The notes under the pieces: generated by a model
What the model was told of the DNA's origin: nothing
Databases searched by the model: none
The model's input: the letters and a program-made list of their open reading frames with translations, nothing else
Assembly: GCF_044324785.1 (NCBI RefSeq)
Contig: NZ_CP172128.1
Source: Escherichia coli
Lineage (GTDB): Bacteria > Pseudomonadota > Gammaproteobacteria > Enterobacterales > Enterobacteriaceae
Reading direction: 5' to 3' (one strand)
Length of the DNA stretch: 64,000 nt
In this document: piece after piece, positions 40,098-50,144 of the stretch
Layout: each line of letters opens with the position of its first letter
Numbering within the stretch: position 1 is the first letter of the stretch
Translations under genes and position numbers: made by a program

Positions 40098-41300
40098 TCA
40101 GAAGGTGAACTGTAACTGAGCAATGGCACCGTAGTTGTTGTCGGTGCCCACGAGGCCGGCGACATCAATGTGAATCACATCAAACGGTGAGAGCCCAATC
40201 CCGGCAGTGAATGCACTGCCGTTGTTGCTGGCCAGATTCTGGCGGTAACCGGTACGTAACTGTGCCCATTTCCAGGCATTAAACTCAGCACCAACGGCGG
40301 CAAACTGACGTTTGCTGTCTGATGTGAAGCCGCTGGCCGGGGTCAGATCCACATCCAGTGCCGTGGTGAACATGTCGTTGTGCCATGATACGCCGGTCGT
40401 TACCTGCGGACGGATCCTGAAGGTCTCGCTGACACCATTCACTTCTTTGGTTTCAATACTGCGGGGGAGCAGGTTCTGTGCGACCAGTCCCAGCGTCCAG
40501 TTGTCATCCAGGTCCATGCTGGCGCCGATGTCGGCGTTGATGCCATTTTTCGTGTTGTGGTAGCGGTCACCTTTGAATGCGCTGCTGTCATAATTTTTGA
40601 CCAGCACGTTGTAGTTGAACAGGTCAACACGCTGGAATTTTGGTGTGAAGCCCAGTGACCATTTTTGTCCGGCGGTCTCCAGTTCGGTGGCCAGCGCAAT
40701 GCCCACATCAGTGACCAGTGCGGCACGGGCAAATGCCTGAGAGGTCAGTCGGTTTTTGTCCACATTCTGACCGTTGCTGTTTGCAATGCTTTCCAGATAG
40801 TTCAGGTCTGCATCACTGACCTTACCGTCAACGCTGACAGTACCGAAGGTTTTTAGCATCAGGGCTGCAGAGAGAGTATCACCGGGAAGGGCTGCCACAG
40901 CGGAAGCGCCCACCTGTGCGTCAGCATGCGTGTGACGGAAGTCCTGAAGTTGCGCCTTCAGACGCGCAGCGGTCTGCGGTACGCCGCTCTGTGCGTCGAC
41001 GGCACGCTCAAAGGCTTTCCAGTCATCACTGATTTTATCGGCGTTGTCGGTGATATTACCCGGGTCGGACAATTGTGCCCCGACGGACGGAAGAAGAAGA
41101 CTGAAGTCATCTTTTGCACCGGATTTTGTCAGCAGTGCCGGGTTTGCCAGTGGGGCCACACCATAGTGAGAGGAGGCAACCCCCGTTCCTCCCATCGCAT
41201 CATTGCGGGCTTCAAAATATGACGTTGCTGCAGTCGAATTAAAGGAAAATAAAACGGCAGACGCGATGAGAGTACGGGTAATATGCTTTTTCATCATCAT
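40098..41300 (-). CDS. traF: TraF-like secreted/outer-membrane protein
   Basis: 400 aa; signal peptide MMMKKHITRTLIASAVLFSFNSTAA; alternating beta-strand-like pattern and C-terminal ...LQFTF. Confidence 0.45.
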   Translation of the reverse strand: MMMKKHITRTLIASAVLFSFNSTAATSYFEARNDAMGGTGVASSHYGVAPLANPALLTKSGAKDDFSLLLPSVGAQLSDPGNITDNADKISDDWKAFERAVDAQSGVPQTAARLKAQLQDFRHTHADAQVGASAVAALPGDTLSAALMLKTFGTVSVDGKVSDADLNYLESIANSNGQNVDKNRLTSQAFARAALVTDVGIALATELETAGQKWSLGFTPKFQRVDLFNYNVLVKNYDSSAFKGDRYHNTKNGINADIGASMDLDDNWTLGLVAQNLLPRSIETKEVNGVSETFRIRPQVTTGVSWHNDMFTTALDVDLTPASGFTSDSKRQFAAVGAEFNAWKWAQLRTGYRQNLASNNGSAFTAGIGLSPFDVIHIDVAGLVGTDNNYGAIAQLQFTF

Positions 41301-41401
41301 TTCAGTTTCCTGTATTGAGGTATTTTGGGTATAACAACAGAGGGCACGGCTGTTCCATTAAAAACAGTTGGTGTATTATTCCGGTTTATTGCTCAGTATT
41401 A

Positions 41402-42223
41402 TTACCAGGGGGATAACGGAACCCTGAATAACGCAGTGGGTAATATTTTTCCTGTTATCAGATATTCTGCCTGTGCCGGAGTGAGTGTTACGGCGCGAAC
41501 AGGGATATCCGGAGATATTTTTCGGGCCATCTGAAACCAGCCTTCTTTTTCTATATCCATTCTGACCGGATATAACGAAAGTACCGGATAAATAATGGTG
41601 TTATTAATTTCTTTTTTCTGCCTGAGCAGAACGCCGCAATATTCTCCGGAATGCGTTCCGGCAAACGGAAAACCATGCCAGAGAATAATGTCCATATTCT
41701 CGCGGGCTGAAATAATCCTGCAGAATATCTCCTGTGTGGCTGGCCAGTCTCCCGGACGATATAGTGGATAATGCACCCTGCCGTTCAGCCATTCCGGACT
41801 GAGATAAAACCAGTCAGCCAGTGCTGCAAGAATCTCCCCGGTCAGATAGTCAGTGAGTCTGTCCGGCTCCCGGAAGACGGCAGGGCGGATATTCCAGGGG
41901 GCCAGTAATGCAGCCATCGTTGTTGCGCTGATATCATGTGCCTGCATGATGTGCTCCATCCTGCTGAGAAGACGGCGGACGATGTTATCTGCAGGAAGAA
42001 ACATTTCACTTAACGCGTCTTCGACCAGGATACGCGTCAGGTCAGAGACGGAAAGAGAAAGCTGTTCGCTCATGATACCAAGGGCATCCCTGACTCCCTG
42101 CGGATAACGAACCTGCAGGGGTGTGGACTGCAACTGGCGGTTATTGAGCAGAGCTTCGCTAATCCGGGCCCTGTCAATGGAGAGCATCATGCGGGCAGCA
42201 ATGCCTGTGCTGTTGGGTTTCAT
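41402..42223 (-). CDS. traE: TraE-like protein
   Basis: 273-aa ORF, first tra gene downstream of rci; size and position only. Confidence 0.4.
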   Translation of the reverse strand: MKPNSTGIAARMMLSIDRARISEALLNNRQLQSTPLQVRYPQGVRDALGIMSEQLSLSVSDLTRILVEDALSEMFLPADNIVRRLLSRMEHIMQAHDISATTMAALLAPWNIRPAVFREPDRLTDYLTGEILAALADWFYLSPEWLNGRVHYPLYRPGDWPATQEIFCRIISARENMDIILWHGFPFAGTHSGEYCGVLLRQKKEINNTIIYPVLSLYPVRMDIEKEGWFQMARKISPDIPVRAVTLTPAQAEYLITGKILPTALFRVPLSPW

Positions 42224-42482
42224 TTCACCTCCGTGCGGTTCATATGTTAAGTCTAAAGAGCGTGTTTACTGAACGGAAACGAGTTATTTCGATCGTTATG
42301 ATCGAGTGTGTTTCAAGAGTGCTTTTAACTCTGTTTTAAGCGTGAATGAAAAGGATTCGGACAGGACGCGATTTAGTATGCCGCTGGTCTGGCATTATGC
42401 TGCAGAGCAGACGGAGTCAGGAGATTGAAAGTATTTCGTTATATAATCTTTTCCTTTTCGGGATGAAATCAACGAGGTTCGT

Positions 42483-42803
42483 ATGAAAATTAAACAGCAT
42501 AAAGAAAAACTGGAGATTATAAGGGATATTATTCGAGAGACGCTGTTGGGTAATGCTGCTCTTATTGTTCTGGCAGCCATGGTTCCGGTTGTACTGGTGA
42601 AACCATGGGATTCGATGACATTTATTTTTATGGGGGCCGTGTGTGTTTCTTTTGCAGTCATTCTGTTTTGGCTGGTTTATATAGTTTGTTTGTATATAGG
42701 AACGCTTGTAAAGAATATTTTTATAAGGATTTTTGCTTTTTCTATTTGGGCCCTTTCTGCTGAGGGGGCAATTATTTATAACATGATAAAGATATTATCA
42801 TAG
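42483..42803 (+). CDS. Hypothetical small membrane protein (106 aa, ~3 TM), AT-rich gene
   Basis: Hydrophobic helices; AT-rich codon usage unlike the flanking tra genes; only plus-strand gene in the region. Confidence 0.4.
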   Translation: MKIKQHKEKLEIIRDIIRETLLGNAALIVLAAMVPVVLVKPWDSMTFIFMGAVCVSFAVILFWLVYIVCLYIGTLVKNIFIRIFAFSIWALSAEGAIIYNMIKILS

Positions 42804-42894
42804 AAAAGCTGTTTATATATTGGCTCTATGTAAAAAGAATGGTACCACTGCCAGAGTCCCCGTCGTTATTTTTATGCGTTGGGGCCATGAATGT

Positions 42895-43215
42895 TTATTT
42901 GGCATCCCTTATCTCGCCCATCAGCAGGCGGATATGCAGCCAGGTGTCATGATCCAGAACAGGTGATGGTGTTACCATGCAAGCACAGTGCCCGATGGCG
43001 AGCGTATCAAGGAAGCGTTTTGCATCGTTGGCACTTTCATATTCACCAGTATGGATCAACATCCACCTTTGCCCCAACGCTGATTCGGTGTGAATTGGTT
43101 GCGAGAATGCGATTGTGTAAACGTCTTCAATTGTAACGATACGATTATTATCCGCAGTGGCTGCATGGGAGGATAAGTGTTTCATAAAGGGTCTCATAGC
43201 GTTAATTTTGATCAA
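42895..43215 (-). CDS. Hypothetical protein downstream of rci (106 aa)
   Basis: ORF 12 bp downstream of the rci stop, same strand. Confidence 0.4.
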   Translation of the reverse strand: MIKINAMRPFMKHLSSHAATADNNRIVTIEDVYTIAFSQPIHTESALGQRWMLIHTGEYESANDAKRFLDTLAIGHCACMVTPSPVLDHDTWLHIRLLMGEIRDAK

Positions 43216-43226
43216 AAATTATTTGT

Positions 43227-44396
43227 TCAGGAGGAGGATATGAAAATACTGTTCGCTTTTGTCATGAACTGGCTGTTTGTTAACGGACAAATCATGACCC
43301 GTTCATCAATGTTTGCGGGTAGCTCGCCTGGTGTGGGGACGCGTTCACCCCGCTGAGCAGCCTGGGCCAGTGCGCGCAGCAACAATACGCTGGCGTGAGA
43401 TATTGCCAGTTCCCGGGTTTCAGCACGGCTTTCAAGGTCGAAATCGTGCAGTGTCACAATGAACACTCCGTTTCTGTTTCTGACAGTTGCAGGGTAGGGA
43501 ACAAAATAAGGGGAAATTTTGCTGGTCTGTTTACGCCTTGCATCGAGTTTACTGACCAGGTGATATGCCCGGAGGTGTGTGTACCGTTTCAACATGTTCA
43601 GTGAGCGGTGACCGGAAATGGCTGCAATCTCCATAACGTTCAGTGTGCCGAGCTCGAACAGACGGCTGATGGCCTCATGGCGTAGATCGTGAAAATGCAG
43701 ATTTTCTATTTTCAGATCCAGAAGAGCGGTACGCCAGGCGCTTTTGAAACCGGACGAGGTGTAATTGAACACATTGCCGTTTATCTGTTGTGGCAGAATT
43801 TGCAGGTAGTTACGTGCTTTCCGGGAGAGTGGTACGTCGCGTGGTGAGCCATTTTTCGTTTCAGGAAGATGCGCCACGCCGTGCTGCAAATCGATGTGTT
43901 CCCAGCGTAATGAGAGAATTTCTCCCTGGCGCATTGCTGTTTCCAGAGCCAGATGGAAGATAACGTAGAGCTGCGGATTTTTGTCCCTGAAATAGCGGGA
44001 AAGGCGGCGTTCTTCACCAGAAGTCAGTCGGCGGTCGCGGCCATTACTGATTTTCGGTTTTCGGACCAGTTCAACAGGATTCATACGGCATGTTCCCCAT
44101 TCCACACGGGCGATATTGAATAATGATGATAAAAGGGCAAGTTCAAGACGGACGGTATTTCCGGTGATTTGACGCCCTGTTCGTGGGTTAATTTGAGCTA
44201 AACGCTGATCCCGGTAACCGGCGATATCAATGGTAGTGATTTCATCCATATAGCGCTCGGCCATAGGGTGACGTTTAATCACATTGACGCGATAAAACTC
44301 CTGCAGATGACCTTTTTTATGGACGGAAACGGTTTTCAAGTATTTGTCCAGCGCCCGGTTGAGAGTCATTTTGCGAATTTTGATTTTTCGAAACAT
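43227..44396 (-). CDS. rci: Shufflon-specific tyrosine recombinase Rci
   Basis: Tyrosine-recombinase motifs (...[13 protein letters not shown]..., ...[14 protein letters not shown]...); adjacent to the 19-bp repeat array; start taken at [10 protein letters not shown] (ORF track begins 23 codons upstream). Confidence 0.85.
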   Translation of the reverse strand: MFRKIKIRKMTLNRALDKYLKTVSVHKKGHLQEFYRVNVIKRHPMAERYMDEITTIDIAGYRDQRLAQINPRTGRQITGNTVRLELALLSSLFNIARVEWGTCRMNPVELVRKPKISNGRDRRLTSGEERRLSRYFRDKNPQLYVIFHLALETAMRQGEILSLRWEHIDLQHGVAHLPETKNGSPRDVPLSRKARNYLQILPQQINGNVFNYTSSGFKSAWRTALLDLKIENLHFHDLRHEAISRLFELGTLNVMEIAAISGHRSLNMLKRYTHLRAYHLVSKLDARRKQTSKISPYFVPYPATVRNRNGVFIVTLHDFDLESRAETRELAISHASVLLLRALAQAAQRGERVPTPGELPANIDERVMICPLTNSQFMTKANSIFISSS

Positions 44397-44458
44397 ATCT
44401 GCCTTCCACGATAAAAACAGGGAAGGTAGGAATAGTGAAACGGAAATGCAATATCGCC

Positions 44459-44477
44459 GTGCCAATCCGGTTCGTGG
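44459..44477 (+). repeat. Shufflon 19-bp repeat R1 (GTGCCAATCCGGTTCGTGG)
   Basis: Exact match to the conserved GTGCCAATCCGGT core; orientation +. Confidence 0.85.
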
Positions 44478-45008
44478 AAAAATGCAGGAAAAGGCGATAT
44501 TGAAATCGTCAAAGTAACAGCATCAAAACTCCGCTGGCCTGGTGCTACTGCCACCTGCCCAATGGGTAAGAAGGTGATCGGGGGTGGTGCAGAATGCAGC
44601 TCTGGAATTGGCTTTATCTGGCTTGTCCGTTCAATACCTGTAAACAATAATGCCTGGTATGGCTTTTGCGATACGACAGAACACATCATTGGAAAAATAA
44701 CTGTACATGCCATTTGCCAATGACAAAGTGATTTACTGGCAAACCACAATGTAACTACATTTCCCCGTCAGATCGTTCCTGTTTGTACCGCCGTGAAAAT
44801 TGTATTCATCGTAGTAACCACACTTCACAATCCTGTTCGAATCATATGTCGCAACAGAACCTGCGAAGTAATTTGGCTTCCAGCCATGCGGGTTTTCAGC
44901 ATTGCTGACGCTCCAGGTACACTGGCTGGCAGAAAAACCAGACGGCAAAGGTAGTCGTTCTCCATTTGCGATTTTTCCTGTCAGAACAGTGCTACCTGAT
45001 ACCCTAAT

Positions 45009-45027
45009 CCACGAACCGGATTGGCAC
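45009..45027 (-). repeat. Shufflon 19-bp repeat R2 (inverted)
   Basis: ccacgaaccggattggcac = reverse complement of GTGCCAATCCGGTTCGTGG. Confidence 0.85.
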
Positions 45028-45035
45028 GGAGGCCA

Positions 45036-45054
45036 GTGCCAATCCGGTTCGTGG
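45036..45054 (+). repeat. Shufflon 19-bp repeat R3
   Basis: GTGCCAATCCGGTTCGTGG; separated from R2 by an 8-bp spacer ggaggcca. Confidence 0.85.
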
Positions 45055-45696
45055 AAGGGTAACAAAGAAAAGGAACATTTCACTGTTTACGGAACGAGTG
45101 GATGTGGACATACAGTGTCCTATGCAGTGTGTCCGAGTGGTAGTACTTTGGTTTCAGGCGGATATCAATTAACCGCCTGGTCGCAGGACAACCGTAACCC
45201 GTTCAACTCACCGGACTCAACTTATCCCGACTGGGCGAACAATCGCTGGATTGTTGGTGGAACAGGGACCATCACAAGCTGTTTTCGCTCTGTAGCGTTA
45301 TGCGCCAGATGATTTCTGGCACATTGTTTCAACTTCATTACGGTTTAGTTGAATGCGGTGCTACATCTGATATGCATAAACCGAGAACACCCCTGAGCCA
45401 CAAGAGTAGTTTTGGGCCGGATAAGAGGTGATCTGATAAGTTGCGCCAGCAGGGACAGCAAAAGAGATGAATGCTGTCTTCCCATAAGATGGGTTATTAC
45501 TCGCATTTGTGCTAATCAATGCCCCTGCAACGTATCCCTGCAATCTGGATGTGTTAGCACAATCTCCCCCGGCGGAACCACCATTCCCTCCAGAGGCGTA
45601 AACAAACAGCGTACCACTTCCCGTATTGCGACCAGTAAATGATCCTCTGTGTGATCCAAGATTACTGTAACTACCGTTAGAGGAACCGGAAGTTCT

Positions 45697-45715
45697 CCAC
45701 ACACCGGATTGGCAC
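45697..45715 (-). repeat. Shufflon 19-bp repeat R4 (inverted)
   Basis: ccacacaccggattggcac. Confidence 0.85.
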
Positions 45716-45723
45716 TGGCCTCC

Positions 45724-45742
45724 GTGCCAATCCGGTATCTGG
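45724..45742 (+). repeat. Shufflon 19-bp repeat R5
   Basis: GTGCCAATCCGGTATCTGG; separated from R4 by an 8-bp spacer tggcctcc (reverse complement of the R2/R3 spacer). Confidence 0.85.
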
Positions 45743-45984
45743 ACAACGACAAAAATGAACTTCACTACCAGTACATACAATATCGGGAAAAATACTCGTA
45801 ATCTGAGCATTGGCGTACATGCGTACTGCTCGTGGACATACCTTAATGGCTCGCCTTTTGGTGGTTTTCAGCAGATATACGCCGACCAAAACAAGGTTTG
45901 GTATGTGAATAATTATGCGTGGGGAAATTATGAGTCCGGTGGCACAATTACAGTGACATGCCTCAACCTTCCTGGTGCCGGAAT

Positions 45985-47193
45985 CTAACCAAAAGGGCAA
46001 CAGTAAGCATCGACGTGCTCTTCATCAACACCATCTCCGATGCCGTACATTCTTGTACCTGTCATGACGTACCCGGCAGGGCACTGAATCGGCTTGTAAT
46101 AAATAGAACCTCCACTTCTGCCACCGATAAAATGTGCGGAGGTCGCTTCATACCATTTACAGGCAGAATAGTTCACTTTATTGCCTCCAACCCACACACC
46201 GGATTGGCACGAAAGTATTGCCCCTTTACTGTCGCGGCCTACAAGTCCGTCCGGTGAGCAGGAAGTACCTGCGGTGGCTGTTTTATCCAGCTGTAAATAC
46301 TCACCCGTGGAAAGACGCCCCTCAGACCGGACAGTTCCACCACTGACTTTTCCTCCTTTGAGCTCTCCTTCGGTTGTGATCCCTTTGTTGTTAACAGCAC
46401 GTATCCATTGGCTGTCCGTCATGGTGAAACCGCCTCCGTGCGTCGTGTTCATCCACCCCTTGTTGTTTCTGGTGATAAGCCAGCCGTCTTCGCTGGTTAT
46501 ATCGCCTTTCACCGTGGCTTTCTGACCATTGAGGTTACCGGCGTTATTGATGTCATTTCCGCTCATGTTGATAGCTGTGTGCATCTGGTTCAGCTCTGGT
46601 CTCCCCGGGACCTGGAAACGATACAACCTGTCGCTTTCCTGCAGATCATCACCCGTCATGACGACGGCAATGTGACCTGCCGAACAGGTGAGTCCGTAAT
46701 CCCCCGGTTTGTCTGTCCAGGCGCCGAATGCGCCGGTTGCTGTTCCGTTTTTACCAATATAACCACCCAGCCCGGGAAGCTGTCCTGCCACACTGCGCAG
46801 ACCATCTTCTTTGATATTCTGCCCCCCTGTTGAGCAGGTCAGGGCTTCAAGACGTCCTGTAGTCTGGTTACGGCGGATACCCGTGATATAACTCTGCCCA
46901 AACGGAGAATGATTAAATCCCTGTTTCAGGTATCCCTTGCGAATCAAATCATCGGCTGTAAAGTTTGCCGGAAGGCTGCCGTTGTGCAGAGTGGCATTGT
47001 TATCGGCAATGTAATTTCTGGCTGCGGTATTGTAGGCATCTGCATGAGAAGCAGCACTCTGGTAAAGCTGTTCATTCAGCCAGTTTTCTATTTCGGAATA
47101 AATCAGCGGCGTGGCGATACCAATCACTATCAGTCCCGCCAGTATTTCAAGCAGAATAAAACCTTTGTCGTCATCGTGTCTGAACTTTTTCAC
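45985..47193 (-). CDS. pilV: PilV thin-pilus minor pilin/adhesin (type IV prepilin-like) with shufflon-encoded variable C-terminus
   Basis: Prepilin-like N-terminus ([18 protein letters not shown]); constant region ends with repeat-encoded CQSGVW at 46192-46210; current C-terminal 68 aa encoded by segment 46191->45985. Confidence 0.85.
   Translation of the reverse strand: MKKFRHDDDKGFILLEILAGLIVIGIATPLIYSEIENWLNEQLYQSAASHADAYNTAARNYIADNNATLHNGSLPANFTADDLIRKGYLKQGFNHSPFGQSYITGIRRNQTTGRLEALTCSTGGQNIKEDGLRSVAGQLPGLGGYIGKNGTATGAFGAWTDKPGDYGLTCSAGHIAVVMTGDDLQESDRLYRFQVPGRPELNQMHTAINMSGNDINNAGNLNGQKATVKGDITSEDGWLITRNNKGWMNTTHGGGFTMTDSQWIRAVNNKGITTEGELKGGKVSGGTVRSEGRLSTGEYLQLDKTATAGTSCSPDGLVGRDSKGAILSCQSGVWVGGNKVNYSACKWYEATSAHFIGGRSGGSIYYKPIQCPAGYVMTGTRMYGIGDGVDEEHVDAYCCPFG
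46192..46210 (-). repeat. Shufflon 19-bp repeat R6 (inverted), inside pilV at the constant/variable junction
   Basis: ccacacaccggattggcac; translated in the pilV frame as CQSGVW. Confidence 0.85.
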
Positions 47194-47897
47194 GTGAATA
47201 TCTCCGAAGTGCGGAAAACGGAATCAGGGAGGAGGGTTAGTGCATACAGTGATGCGCAGAGAAACGGGGCGAACGGCAGTGCCTGCTGATGTCTGTGACG
47301 GCAGAAGAGGAGGATAAACAGAAATGCCCCGGAAGCTGCGGCGGTGATTAGCAGCGGCGTGTGTTGTGGCTGTGTCCACATTGCAATTCCTGCTATCAGG
47401 AATACATCACCAAGGCCGAGTGCTTCTGTTCCTTTTGCCGTTATGAAAAACTGCCGTAGCAGGTATGTCATGCCGAACCAGAGTGATGCGTTGAGGAGGC
47501 TGTATGTGAGCTCCTCCAGGCTGTACCTGAACGCTGCCCCCAGAACAATCAGTGAAAGCGTGAATATCCGGGGAAGCCGACAGACGGCGATGTCCGTCAG
47601 CGTCATTACAGTTAATAATCCCGTCAGAATGGAAAGGAATAACAGCCCCGTGGCTTCAACACCATATGCGCCGTTGAGGCTGACACTCACTATGGCCAGA
47701 AGGCAACACACGTACACCACCGGCCTGGGCGGCCGGGTGTCGTGTACTGCTGACAGGTAGAGAGCGGCGGTGATGTATGCAAGATAAAGAATAACCGCCA
47801 GGATGATGATTATTATTGTCATGCTCAGTAATGCGCTCACCGTCACCTCGTATTTATTAATATTGTCTGAAATACCGGTTGTGGATTTTTCGGGCAT
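47190..47897 (-). CDS. pilU: PilU prepilin peptidase (A24 family)
   Basis: Polytopic membrane protein with the conserved GLGDV motif; 4-bp overlap with pilV. Confidence 0.75.
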   Translation of the reverse strand: MPEKSTTGISDNINKYEVTVSALLSMTIIIIILAVILYLAYITAALYLSAVHDTRPPRPVVYVCCLLAIVSVSLNGAYGVEATGLLFLSILTGLLTVMTLTDIAVCRLPRIFTLSLIVLGAAFRYSLEELTYSLLNASLWFGMTYLLRQFFITAKGTEALGLGDVFLIAGIAMWTQPQHTPLLITAAASGAFLFILLFCRHRHQQALPFAPFLCASLYALTLLPDSVFRTSEIFT

Positions 47898-48333
47898 ATA
47901 TCATGCGCCGGGCTGTGTTATTTTTGCTGAAACCGGCGTTATAGCTGCCCAGGCATTCCCAGTTAACGCCGCAGCGTTGAAAATGGCGGGCCAGTATCCA
48001 GGCACCGGTATGAATATTCAGGCAGGGCTTTTTAAGCAGTTCATCCTTGTTTTTAATGACGCCCAGTTTTTTCAGTTCAGGAATATGCACTGAATTAATC
48101 TGCATTATTCCGTAATCCGTACTGATGATTTTTCCGGATTTGTTTTTATTGTGATTTATCGCAGTGGCGACCAGGCCGCTTTCCTGCTGTGCAATGGTTT
48201 TCAGAAGCTCAGGGGCAATCAGGTAACGTTTTCCGGCCTGAATAAAACAGGAATCGAGATGATTATTATTCATCACAGATGCGATTGATGTGTTACTGAA
48301 TAAAAGCAGGACAGAGAGATATAACCATTTCAT
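47857..48333 (-). CDS. pilT: PilT lytic transglycosylase (SLT domain)
   Basis: Signal peptide; SLT motifs ...AQQESG... and ...YGIMQIN... Confidence 0.75.
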   Translation of the reverse strand: MKWLYLSVLLLFSNTSIASVMNNNHLDSCFIQAGKRYLIAPELLKTIAQQESGLVATAINHNKNKSGKIISTDYGIMQINSVHIPELKKLGVIKNKDELLKKPCLNIHTGAWILARHFQRCGVNWECLGSYNAGFSKNNTARRMIYARKIHNRYFRQY

Positions 48334-48391
48334 TATGATAATCCCGGCAGTGACAGCATCCTCTGGTATTTAAGGATGCTGTCCGGAAACA

Positions 48392-48928
48392 TTAGCTGTT
48401 TGTTTCAAGGGTGATGTTATTTTTGTCGTTACTACATACTGTTACGGGATCCACAGTAGCCGGGGCGGTATTCATGATTTTGGTAAACATGGATGAACTG
48501 CGCAGGCTGTTAATGAGTTCCACGCAATTTTCTTTCGGTACATTATTGCTGGTAATCGTATAACCATACTTATCTGCCGTTGCCTTAATGGTGACATCAC
48601 CGCCCCAGGCATTTTTGGCCTTGTTACCACCGGCGATCATATCGGCCGGCAGGGAACCACTCTGCGTCAGCGTTTTGATATAATCACTGCTGGTATATTG
48701 TCCCTGGAACTTGTACTGCTTCATTTTGGTTGCAATGGTCTGCAGGTTTTTCAGTTCGCGCTGGTTATCACTGGATGACATGGTACTGGACATCTGACTT
48801 ATTGCGAGAGCAACCACAATACCGATAATAATCAGTGCGCTGGCAATTTCCAGTAAGGTTAAACCTTTATCCTCCTCTTTCTCTTTTTTTAAAGCAAAAT
48901 AAGAATAAAGACATGATCTGAAGTTCAT
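48392..48928 (-). CDS. pilS: PilS major type IVB prepilin
   Basis: Long basic leader followed by GLTLLEIASALIIIGIVVALAI, the class III signal / hydrophobic N-terminal helix of a type IV pilin. Confidence 0.7.
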   Translation of the reverse strand: MNFRSCLYSYFALKKEKEEDKGLTLLEIASALIIIGIVVALAISQMSSTMSSSDNQRELKNLQTIATKMKQYKFQGQYTSSDYIKTLTQSGSLPADMIAGGNKAKNAWGGDVTIKATADKYGYTITSNNVPKENCVELINSLRSSSMFTKIMNTAPATVDPVTVCSNDKNNITLETNS

Positions 48929-48977
48929 ATATCACTCCTGGTTTATGGGATGTTTCAGAAATATTCTGTATGCGGGA

Positions 48978-50144
48978 TTATTGTTTCAGCATGTCGCTGA
49001 TACTGTAGATGGCAGATATCATGTTAAGAATAAAAAAGAAGACAAAACCTCCTGATATACCGGTAATAATTAATCCAATTCGTTTTACCCGTTTTTTTGC
49101 TTCCTCCAGCCACTGATCGGCATAGAGTGCCATGGTTGCCACTCTGTCCTCCCTTTCGGAGTTCAGGAGCAGTTTATTGATGCATATTCTGGACGGAAAA
49201 TCGTAACCGGAATTTCGCATTGCTGTGGCCAGATTCTGACCGGATAATACATGTTTTCGTATTGCCTGAATTCTCTCCTTTAACCATTTATTCTTTTCTG
49301 CACCTTTTTCCATTCGGAGCAGCGCCTGCGAAAGAGGAATATTAATCTGCAGCATGGATGAAATACTGAACAGATAATTCACCCCGTGTAAGGTCTGATA
49401 CAGTGACCAGGGGGGAGCCTTGTCCAGCATCCTCCGGCCGGGGCCGGTATACCGGCTGAATGAAAAACGGATCAGAAGCGTCAGGGCGAAAATGGTCCCA
49501 CAGAGCCAGAATCCGTACCCGATGAAAAATTCCGACATACCGGCAAGCAATTTCATCTGGAATGACCATTTATCTTCTGAAGCAAACGCACTGACGATGG
49601 GGATGATACGGGTATGGGCGTTGTACATATTCACCACACAGAGCGAAAGCAGCAGAAGGGGGTAGAGGCAGACGGCAATGAGGCTGGATGTCATTTCCCG
49701 CCGGGCTTTAACGGTTCTGGCCACCTGGAAAAGGGCGTCGGCAATATTTCCGCGCTCTTCCCCGTTTCTGATTAACGTGGCTTCCTCCGGTGGCACCCAG
49801 GTTAACAGGGCACCGGATAACATGCCGCTGGCTTTGATGGAATCGATGCATTCTTTTGCCAGAAAATACATGCCGGATGTGCCTTTCTTTTCACCAAAAT
49901 CGGTTTCGATCTCGCAGAGAAATTCGAGTGCACGCAGGGACGGCGTTCCGTCACGTATCATGCCGCCCAGGGCTTCGTAGAACTCCACCCGGTTCAGGGC
50001 AAAGGTTTTTCTGGCCATCCAGATGGTCAGCGCTGTCAGCTCAATGTCGGTGCTGTTGAGTTTTTCCAGAAATTTCATATCAGTGCAGCAGCGTATAGCT
50101 GTCCTCATCGACGGGAGATATATAATGGGCCGCCAGCGGATCAA
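48978..50144 (-). CDS. pilR: PilR inner-membrane platform protein (PilC/GspF family)
   Basis: 388 aa, polytopic; position between pilQ and pilS. Confidence 0.7.
   Translation of the reverse strand: MIRWRPIIYLPSMRTAIRCCTDMKFLEKLNSTDIELTALTIWMARKTFALNRVEFYEALGGMIRDGTPSLRALEFLCEIETDFGEKKGTSGMYFLAKECIDSIKASGMLSGALLTWVPPEEATLIRNGEERGNIADALFQVARTVKARREMTSSLIAVCLYPLLLLSLCVVNMYNAHTRIIPIVSAFASEDKWSFQMKLLAGMSEFFIGYGFWLCGTIFALTLLIRFSFSRYTGPGRRMLDKAPPWSLYQTLHGVNYLFSISSMLQINIPLSQALLRMEKGAEKNKWLKERIQAIRKHVLSGQNLATAMRNSGYDFPSRICINKLLLNSEREDRVATMALYADQWLEEAKKRVKRIGLIITGISGGFVFFFILNMISAIYSISDMLKQ

Larger units (their letters stand above)
44459..46210. other. Shufflon: multiple-inversion region with six 19-bp sfx repeats bounding three invertible segments (44478-45008, 45055-45696, 45743-46191)
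   Basis: Repeats alternate in orientation; every segment carries two convergent reading frames that continue in frame from a repeat (translated CQSG.W) and end in the segment middle. Confidence 0.85.
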
